Of a stretch of 64,000 nt of DNA, positions 54,668-64,000 are shown one piece after another (position 1 is the first letter of the stretch; each line of letters opens with the position of its first letter). A program made the position numbers and the translations under genes. The DNA is from Antedon mediterranea. Taxonomy: Eukaryota; Animalia; Echinodermata. Below the pieces are notes generated by a model that did no database searches, was not told the origin of the DNA, and saw nothing but the letters and a program-made list of their open reading frames with translations. The stretch spans positions 5,309,888 through 5,373,887 of the forward strand of contig NC_092676.1 of assembly GCF_964355755.1 (NCBI RefSeq), read 5' to 3'.

Positions 54668-56453
54668 CAGGCCCGTATGCAGCATTTATAATGGGGGGGT
54701 GCGAGCGAAGCGAGCAACAATGGCTGGGGGCCAGGGGGCCGCCAAGGGCCTCCGGTCAGGGTCCAGGGGCCGAAGGCCCTGGAAAAATTTGCGTTATTTG
54801 ACGTTCTAAAGACTGATGTAAGACTCTCTGTTGTGGCTTGGGCTAGTTGAACGATGGACACCAGAACTTAACGCTTTCATGATGAGGCCAACTCAGCAGG
54901 GGTGGCGCCAGGATCTTCCCAACGCGGGGGCTACATTCCCCGACGAGGGGGCTATGCGAGCGAAGCGAGCATCACTAGGCTGGGGGCCGCCAAGGGCCCC
55001 CGGTGGGGGTCCAGGGGGCGAAGCCCCCGGAAGCAACGCGTTCTAGCGTCATTTGAGGTCTTTTTAATCAGATTTAGGGTAGCCATTTTTTCCATTTTTT
55101 ATAATGCATAAATAAAATACTGCGTGCAAAAAAACGATGCGCGATGACGGTTTCAATCCATATTTTTCAATTTAAAAAATAAAAGTTCAAAGAAAATTTT
55201 GAAAAATAGAGTTGGAGGTCCCGGAAATTGGACTTATTATACTTCAAAACATGAAAAAAAATATATAAGTCCCTATCATGGGTTGTGACTGAGCTAAGAA
55301 ATGTTTGAAAAATAGAGATGTTAGGTCCCGGAAAATGTACTTCTTGTTCTTCGAAATATGACCAGCTTTATTGTTGGGGCTGAGCTAAGAAAATGTTTAA
55401 AACTAGAGCTGCAGGTCTTCAAAAAATTGCATTTTATACTTTGGAAACATCAGGCCTAGAGGCTTAAAAAACGCAAGCGTAGACCTTTTTCAGTCGGGGA
55501 AAAAAGTTTATTCCTCCCAGGTGTATGCATGCGTACCATCTGGACTTCCGAGTGGTGAGAAATTCATGACATACAGGATATTGAAAATGTAATAACTATA
55601 GCTATAATGTTGGCTAAGCGAAAATGGCATGTTTTTTTGTTTAGTAATGGATGAAAAATTTATTTTAGGTGCCCCACGGTACAGAAGTTTACTTGTAAAT
55701 TAAAAAATTGGTGAACAAACGAACAATTAACATAATTCGTTTTTGCTGTAGTGTAGCGTACGTCGACGCAGTACACGACGTAACCGTCGGTAAACTTCGC
55801 CTGGAAAATAACACATTACACATTTTGGTCCCTGGATGAAACTTGATATCACGCGTCTCGACCCAACGTTGAACGATTCGTACAAAGGGATACCGCCAGA
55901 CAAGTGCGTACCTAGCTATTGTTTAGTAGTAAGTTAGATCGCTGGCAATAATGAATGCATATAAAGTGCATAATATCACTCTGACGTACTCTCACGGTCA
56001 ATGAAACGTCGCGGTTTTCTAGGCGCTGAAGCTAGCTACTAAGTGAACGCGAACGCTTTTTACTGTATATTATATTCCCCGACAAAAAGTACACGTGTTC
56101 CCTGACGTTAAGTTGTCTGTATTTCTCCAGCAAACACTTTACCGCGTACCGCGTACATGAAGCGCTAAGCTATTGCTTGTCGTCACATGATCGACTGCGC
56201 ATGTTTTACATCGAGTTTGTAGTCAGTTCAGATTCCGTAATTTAATTACCGGTATTTTTTCATTTTATATTAGCATATTTTTGTTTGTATACCATTGATA
56301 ATGTAAATTTTGTATATATATAATGATATTGTCTTTAGTTAAACAAGACAAGAAAAAATACCAACCGAGGAAATAGTGGACCTTTTGGGACTTGGGGGGG
56401 GGGGGGGTGCGTCTGCACCCAACGCACCCCCCCCCCCCCTGGATACGGGCCTG
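54668..56453. mobile_element. 1.8-kb hAT-like non-autonomous element with 5-bp TSD
   Basis: CAGGCCCGTATGCAG / CTGGATACGGGCCTG (14 of 15 match) flanked by GATTG on both sides; GC-rich ends; a second terminus-like block begins at 54897. Confidence 0.75.
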
Positions 56454-56998
56454 GATTGAGTAATTGACCGCGTACAAAACCACCGAGCTTGTTGGGCGAT
56501 CAATCGCGTCGTGATTGTTCAAGTTACTTGCGGCGCGCTAAACGTCCTTGCGTGATGTCCAATTGGAAACCAGTGAGCACGACCAAAAATACATGTAATA
56601 GACACAACGCAGCCGTGCTATAATGACCAGATATTTACACGTGCGTTCATGAGGTAAGGTAAGTTAATAGCTTTTAAACCGTGACAATCAGTGCCATATA
56701 ATCTGTTCAAAATACAATTAACTTTTTAACTTGTCCAAAGTCTGTAGGAATATTACTGTCTTTTTAAATCGCGTTTCGACTTTTGTCTGTGTGTGTTTCA
56801 GCTGAAGTATTACGTATGAAACGCCACGTCGTCCTCAAGTTGCGTCCAAGTGGACACCAGGCTTAACTCCCTTGTATATCGTTAACTCCGATGTAACTCC
56901 GATGTAAGTAGCCTACAATACATCGGAATTGTATCAGATCGATTAATTTAAAAAAAAAACAATTTCCAACCGAGAGAAGGTGGGCTATTACCATATAA

Positions 56999-57116
56999 AG
57001 CTCTGTCTATATACGCCTACTATCAAACTTTGGTGGCAAAAAAATGTGATGTGCTCATTATAAGGACATGATAATGTCATATCCTGTCAAACTAGTTTGA
57101 AAGTGTGGACAGAGCT
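56999..57116. mobile_element. MITE family A, deleted copy
   Basis: Diverged TIRs with TAA/TAA flanks. Confidence 0.65.
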
Positions 57117-57629
57117 TAAGATGATAACCGATGTCTTTTTTTTGTTTTTGTAGTAACAAACTAAACTGTAATGTAACTCCGATTGACACAAGAGCGTGTA
57201 AACCGTAGTACTATTTTAGTAGGCCTACTCTAAACTATTTTGAGTATGGTGCGCCGAACTGTCATTTACAGTATTCGCGAAATAGTTCAAATTGACATGA
57301 AATTTTACCTCCATGGTATTTTAAAAGGATAAACTGACAGATTTGAATTCGTCGTTAATAGGCCTACTGCTCACACAACCATAACACAACAGTAATAAAC
57401 ACTATAAAATAGTGCAATAAATCAGTAGTGAGTGTCCTGTTGTTATCAGGAATTTCCTTTGTCTTTTTATTACGCATAGTACGCGTGTTGATTGAAACTA
57501 ATTAGACTTTCCCGAGTTTCTGTTGTTTCTTTTGCATGTTTTTAATCGGATATCACGTCCAGGTCCATATTCTCCGAAACTAGATTACACGTCCGTACCG
57601 TCTGATCGTATTCTGCGGCCCACCTCCCC

Positions 57630-57823
57630 CAGTGGCGTAACGGCACTCACTGGATAAACCCATGGGCCCGGAGCTTATGGGGGGCCCGGAGCTTATGGGT
57701 GCCCCTGAGCAGTGCCCCGAGCAAAAAACAGGCATCAAATAGGCCTATGTCGAATAAAAAAAGGGGGGGGGGGGAGGTCACTTGTATTGGTATTGGGCCT
57801 CAGGCATCTGCGTTACGCCACTG
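57630..57823. mobile_element. hAT-like MITE
   Basis: TIR CAGTGGCGTAACG / CGTTACGCCACTG with internal GGGCCC repeats; no clean TSD. Confidence 0.65.
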
Positions 57824-59192
57824 ATTCCCCATGCAGAATTAATGATACCTAAAATTGTAACTCTTCTTTCTTTTGAAACATATACCAAGTCAGTTTTAGT
57901 CCGCATGCGGACAGCCTCAGTTTAATATGCATTAAATGCAATAATACAGTAGCCTAGTTGGTTTCGCTATATTTTATTACAATATATTAACTTTGAAAGG
58001 AGCAGCCGGTAATCCTCAGCGGAACCAGGATTTGAAATGTATTGGCCGGGCCTAAAAGTAGTGAAATGAAGTCCTGAACTTAATTTGATGCCCTATCTTT
58101 TGCATTACTGAAATTGCTGAATTTAGAGGTGGGGAGACGGAGAACCGGGTCACCCGGTCCCCCTTGAATTCTCCATTGCTACTAAACACCACAAACATCA
58201 CCGCCGCACGTGTGAAAGTCTATACCGATCTTTGGTATACGTGTATTACTACGCCAACGCGTGCAAGTAAATATAATTAAAGGAACCTATCACCCCGGTG
58301 CGACGGGCCGCAAACAATCGCCAAAGTTCATGGCATTGAATGTGTTCAATATTTGAACTAGGTTTATTTACATGCTTTTATTTCTCTATTATTGGATTGT
58401 CCACCAAATCAACCACTATACATTTTATCTTTTGTCAATCACTGAGGCAAATGTTATAACAAGAAATGGCAAACCGATCTGTGATTTCAACAGGATAAAA
58501 GTGACCTCGGTATATCCTATTATAGTCAGTATAAAGTTATGATTCGAAAACACAATCGATCGATTTGGTATCGGTGACCCGATCTTTTATTATTGCTGTT
58601 ACGAACCTTACAAAAATGAAATTTTTCTCGCTTTAGCCAATATTCAAAAAGGCAAACTGGTTTTATTATAGTTTTTTCACACTGTTGCTTGTTTATAATA
58701 AAAGCCAGTATATATTTTTGCTCAACGAAAATAACAGGCACCGGTGTTTAGAGGGAGGAAGGCATGACCTCGTCTGAACACACCTCTCTCCTCGCATTAA
58801 AGACCCATTTATACTAGGACGATAAGATAACGAATGACAATAGAAACAACTTATCATATAGGCCTAGATAGAATATCTAAACCTTGTTTTTAAACGAGTT
58901 CACTATGTCGGTCGGTCGGTCTGTCTGTCGTTCCGGTATCACTATGCGTTTTAGCAAGCGACTTATGGCCGTTGGCCTTGTTTTAAACGAGTTCATAATT
59001 GCTTGAGTTTGTTTCACGTTCGCAAATATAATTATGATTCTCGAGTACATTAAATACAAAACAAATAAATTGATATCTATAAAGTTTAATAATACGAATT
59101 TATTACACTGTTGTTGAACACACGGATAAGAGCTAAACGATAACGCACAAGCATTATTACATTAGGGGCCGAACAAGAAACATAATGTTTAA

Positions 59193-59845
59193 AGCGTGGT
59201 TCCCACTAGCGACGCAACGCAAAGACGTAAACGCAACGCAAGCGTTTTAACCAATGCCAAGCGAAGTTATAGACAGTTAGCAATCACAAACGAATAAGCC
59301 ATCGCTTGTGATTGGTCAATTCACTTGCGTTGCGTTACGTCCTTGCGTTGCGTCGCTAGTGGGAACCACGCTTAACGCAACGCAAGGACGTAGACACATT
59401 AAATAATTTATCGCTTGTGATTGGTCAAATCCCTAAAGCGTGGTTCCCACAAGCGACGCAACGCAAGGACGTAACGCAACGCAAGTGAATTGACCAATCA
59501 CAAGCGATGGCTTATTCGCTTGTGATTGCTAACTGTCTATAACTTCGCTTGTCATTGGTTAAAAACGCTTGCGTTGCGTTAACGTCATTGCGTTACGTTC
59601 TAATGGGAACCAAGCTTTACATTGTGTTACGTCGTGTGTTGCGTCTCTAGTGGGAACCACGCATTAAGCGTTATTCCGACTAGAACGTAACGCAAGGACG
59701 TAAACGCAACGCAAGCGTTTTAACCAATGACAAGCGAGGTTATAGACAGTTAGCAATCACAAGCGAATAAGCCATCGCTTGTGATTGGTCAATTCCCTTG
59801 CGTTGCGTTACGTCCTTGCGTTGCGTCGCTAGTGGGAACTAAGCT
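59193..59845. mobile_element. Cluster of three complete 180-bp B2 MITEs (59193-59372, 59437-59616 inverted, 59667-59845) plus an older interrupted copy
   Basis: Shared TIR AGCGTGGTTCCCACTAG and core CAAGCGAAGTTATAGACAGTTAGCAATCACAAGCG; TWA flanks. Confidence 0.85.
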
Positions 59846-60469
59846 TTAGAGAGGCCACCTTTATCATGAAATCATAAATTTGAGCCTGGAAATACTAAAA
59901 TATGGATTGGATTCGCCTACATAAAAGTTAAAACTGAATAATTTTATGAATTTTTAACAACATGATTTTTAAATAATTATTAATGTATTGTTTGTATATT
60001 GCCTAATCACAATGGTTTCATTCAAAATTCAATTTTATGGTTAACCGTTCCAAAAAAAATTATTTTGCAAAATACATCTAAAATAAATGAGCGTTATTTT
60101 AAAATGCGTAATGAATCTCTAAAAATATAAGCTCCTTAAGTTACCTTTAATTCGTCAATTTAAGAGTATACTATAACGTTAGGGTACCTGCAATGAATTA
60201 TACTGCAGAATGAATTTACAGTATACTAGGTAGCATAAAATGTATAAAGTACAGTATTACAACAAAAGCGAACATTCATTTTCAAGACGTGCCAAGCAGC
60301 TGTCGAGTCGGAAAGTCATTTTGCGCACGCAGAAACAAGAGCATGCGAAAAAGTCGAGTGGTCCATCCAGAAAATGATACGCCGCTAATGCTGTTTTAAA
60401 TAACACCATTTAACAAAAAATATCTTCATAATGAATACAATACACTCTCACAAAAAACTCTACCAGATA

Positions 60470-60634
60470 GTCTCTGTCTGCACTATCAAACTTAATGTGA
60501 CAAAAAAATGTGATGTGCCCATATATGGATATGATGATGTCATATCTCTACCATATTTGGGAATATCCCTACCCTATTTGGGAACATCACACTTTTTTTT
60601 CAAACTACAGTAGTTTGATAGTGTAGACAGAGCT
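60470..60634. mobile_element. MITE family A
   Basis: TIRs and core repeats as in the other copies. Confidence 0.75.
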
Positions 60635-60937
60635 TTAGGCCAAACTAATAAGTTTCGTTTCCAGATAATTTTCTGTTGAAGAATTAATCGAATTTATGAT
60701 TTGGAAAAATCTGGTTTATGTTAAATTCTGGTTTCAAGAGATTCCGTATGAGTTTACCTTTCATTTTAAGAACAATACATTGTACTATGCTAATAATGGT
60801 TGTCATTTAAGCGTATTAACAACAGCCTTAAATACAGTGCATGCAAAATATATGTTGTAGTTGTACTGTAATAGTACAGTACATAACAACCTAGATAGGT
60901 CTAGCTATAAAATGGTGCATATTATTGAATGAAAGCA

Positions 60938-61366
60938 ACTAGTCCAGGGCAACCCTGTGTCTGGGGACTAGTCCAGAACAATCAATGTGCTAGCCACTAA
61001 TCCAGGGCAACCAATGTACCAGCGACTAGTTCACGGCAACCAATATGCCAGCCACTAGTCTAGGGCAACCACTGTGTCCGGGGAATAGTCCAGGGCAATC
61101 AATGTGCTAGCGACTAGTCCAGGGCAACCAATTGTTATAGCAGTTAGTCCAGGGCAATCATTGTGCCAGTGACTAGTCCAGGACAGCCCCTGTGTCCAGT
61201 GACTAGTCCAGGACAGCCACTGTGTCCAGGGACTAGTCCAGGACAGCCACTGTGTTCGGGAACTAGTCCAGGGCAATCAATGTGCCAGCCACTAGTCCAG
61301 GGCAATCAACATGCCAGCCACTAGTCCAGGGCAACCAATGTGCTAGCCACTAGTCCAGGGCAATCA
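60938..61366. repeat. Minisatellite, 29-30-bp unit, 15 copies
   Basis: ACTAGTCCAGGGCAA recurs at 60938, 60967, 60996 and onward to 61349. Confidence 0.92.
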
Positions 61367-61379
61367 AGCATTGACCAAA

Positions 61380-63284
61380 GCCAACTAAACATTCTTAACT
61401 CATTTCAAAACCAATTCTTAAGTAAAAAAAAAAATCTAAAATCACATGACTTAACAAGGTCAGTGTTAGGTCACTGACTTCTTTTTCAAAAGAATAGGAT
61501 TTGATACAAATAGCAATACAGAAAGCTATATTTAAAGTTACAGATAACTCTTAAAACACACAAGTGAAATATCTTTAGTAGTAAACCGACTGATTTCACA
61601 GCCCCAAATATTATCTTAAGGCTGTACTGAAATCTGCTATTTCTATTGTTAATTAGTAATTATTTTCCAACACAATGTGCATACCATACTATCTTTAAAA
61701 TAATTGCTGGTATTTTTATATTTGATATTCAATTTAGAATAGTATAAAGACAAATTAATAAAAAACTTTTGAACTTGTATTTGTTAATAAGCACATGTGT
61801 AAAATATGATATTACTATATATAACAAACAAAAAATAAATATTTTTTTTGTTTTAATATCCAATCCATAAATGAAACTTAACTACTTATTATTATATTAA
61901 ACAATACTAAGCACAATACTATACTAAGCACCAAAATATCATGCAGAAGTAAGAGTACAAGTGTTTTTGAAACTATGGACAAACAATATACCAAAGAAAA
62001 ACTGTATGATCTATCGATGGGATCATATCTTTGCATGTGATATCTTAATACACTAATCTAACACCCGATTCTCTGTACTGTATCTCCACATAATGCCATT
62101 AAATGCCCAGTATCATATGCAAATTCTTTAATACAGTGTCATATACTGTATATTACATGGTACTGTGGCACCTGTACAATGTTAAGTTATGTTAGGTGTA
62201 TGGCCTTAATACAGGCATCCCACGTGACACATATGTGAAACTGTATTACAGAATTTATGACACTGGACATATAGATACAGTACCGCGAATTGGCTAACCA
62301 CACATTAATTATCTTTAAAACTTATTACGAATATATGCAGTGCAGAAATCGGTGATTGGCTACGACTAAAAATGCACATATACATCACTCTTGCGCGTTT
62401 TGTAGGATTGAATATGTACAATTGTATATTATTAGCGTTCCTACCAGCATTGCAGGTGGTTAGTCTATAATATTTAAATTTTATTACTGTACATAAAGCT
62501 GAGAGTATCGAATATCTACCACTATTTATATCATCTTTTAAATAATATAATAGAACAAATACAAAACAAAAAATTATCTACTACAACTGCCACATAATTA
62601 AACTTTTTTTTGCCTTTTTGTGCTTATATGCATTTGTTTGTTAAGACAATGCAAGATTTGTAGACATACAGATAATTGACTGACTGCTAATTTGTGATTC
62701 TGAAACTACAAACAGAGTTAATACAAAACAATGTTATACTTCCCAATAGAAAACAACCAAAGTGCACTATGATTATGAATCCATTATCAAGACATAAGTG
62801 ATGTTTCCATTCATTTGGAAACTTTCAATAGTAGTTATATTTTTTTGTTTAATGCCCTTTGACAAATAATACTCTGCAATTCTGTTCATAGCACTGTTAT
62901 ATTCATACTGGAAAAATGCGTTTATTAACTGTTGGACGAGTCTTATAGATCTATCTAGTCGCAAGTAGCGTTTTGCGGTTTAGTTTTCCAGATGCATCAT
63001 CTTTACTAAATCTAACATTTAACAAAACATGCATATTCACAAAATACCATGCAAAAGTATAAACAAAAATTCTCATAGTGTAACTGTCAAATCCAGCTGA
63101 TTTACGGTAGTCTTATAAATATACAATTTAATTTTAATATTTTTTTTAAATCCACCATATACCTTGAAATAGCATGGAAATCTAACCTCTATATGATAGC
63201 ACAATATATTAAAATTTGAAGGACTGACAACTCTTATCTTGATTATTAGTATCTTCGTCACCGAGTCGTTAATTAGATAACTAA
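61380..63284 (-). other. Probable long eIF4G2 3' UTR (end uncertain)
   Basis: About 1.9 kb of AT-rich sequence after the stop with no recognisable interspersed repeat; minus-strand AATAAA near 62921 and 62481. Confidence 0.4.
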
Positions 63285-63350
63285 TTAGTCTTCTTCCTCT
63301 TCTGACTCCTCCTCTTCGGCAGTTGCTAGCCATGTCAACCACTGATTCAC
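63285..63350 (-). CDS. EIF4G2: eIF4G2 (DAP5/NAT1/p97) terminal coding exon, end of the W2 domain
   Basis: tttttaatag|GTG AAT CAG TGG... = VNQWLTWLATAEEEESEEEED*, nearly the same as the remembered human C-terminus VNQWLTWLETAEEEESEEEAD. This frame is not in the ORF track. Confidence 0.9.
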   Translation of the reverse strand: MNQWLTWLATAEEEESEEEED

Positions 63351-63809
63351 CTATTAAAAAAATTAATAAATTATGTTGGAAAAATATAATATAATATATC
63401 TGCCAATTTTTTCAGTTGCCAATGCGAGAGACAATAAATAAAAAATGTATATATCACCCTCTATGATTTAATAACTCAAAGTAATCGTGAAAAACTGTCG
63501 TCCCTATCGAATAGTTACAGTAGGCAAGTTTCTGTACTATTTATTTAAGCATAAAAAAAAAAAATGTTTTTGTTTCAAATTCAGTAATAGCATGTAGGTT
63601 TGTGTTATTAAAAATAGGCAAGTTGATTCAAGATATTTTTATGGTATGCGAGGTCTAAAAACTTGTGTATCCTATTAGACTTGCGCATAATGCACAAGAG
63701 TTGCCAGATATAGTATACTGTACATGATGATAGTACACAAAAATATAGAGTGTGTTTATCAGCTGAAATATAAACTGTTCCGTCATATAAACATATCTGG
63801 ATAGAGGAC

Positions 63810-63995
63810 AATTATAACCAGGGTACGGTATTTACACCCAGAACATATACATACACCCTGAAAGAGAGGGGTTAAATTTGAGTAGATGTCTGAGTGGTAG
63901 TTATAAATTGTTAAAATGAAAATGGTGCCCTGACCAAGATTCGAACCCCACTCTTTATTATTACCTGGAACAGAGCTTCTCCTTTGCCATTAAAC
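63810..63995 (-). mobile_element. Possible degenerate tRNA-derived SINE
   Basis: Minus-strand B box GGGTTCGAATC near 63938-63948; little other support. Confidence 0.3.
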
Positions 63996-64000
63996 TCATC

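Noticed and set aside
60938-61366. CRISPR-like look of constant and variable halves
   Set aside because: The variable parts are about 14 bp and related to each other, the context is eukaryotic and there are no cas genes; it is a minisatellite.
63073-63342. Arg-rich ORF MVDMASNCRRGG...
   Set aside because: Alternative frame of the eIF4G2 terminal exon and its UTR.

Overview
AT-rich, intron- and repeat-rich eukaryotic DNA from a metazoan. The repeat types suggest a marine invertebrate such as an echinoderm, but that is inference. All recognisable genes are on the minus strand. (1) A homeodomain-interacting protein kinase (HIPK) gene: four coding exons are resolved with canonical, phase-consistent GT-AG junctions (24030-23040, 13212-13089, 11379-11260, 9429-9287); the rest runs off the left edge and the 5' exon is probably near 37.5 or 39.2-39.5 kb. 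(2) Two tandem TRIM-like RING genes, one intact but lacking B-boxes (42864-41806) and one frameshifted and truncated (45513-44910). (3) A four-coding-exon, 497-aa plant-type (maize PAO-like) flavin polyamine oxidase with a signal peptide and a probable GPI signal (53986-47307). (4) The last coding exon and 3' UTR of eIF4G2/DAP5 (63350-63285). The main structural oddity is a pair of near-identical 4.3-kb non-autonomous DNA transposons in opposite orientation (13878-18177 and 33067-37367). They bracket the 991-nt HIPK exon whose vertebrate counterpart gives circHIPK2/circHIPK3. Also present: four CAG-ended TIR elements with 5-bp TSDs, a minimal type I hammerhead ribozyme in a long hairpin (51252-51460), three SINE types (5S-headed, Nin/Deu-like, CORE-like), Harbinger- and Kolobok-like MITEs, LINE 3' ends and several minisatellites. 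Most short ORFs in the supplied track are non-coding noise. Coordinates were read by eye, so repeat boundaries may be off by a few bases.
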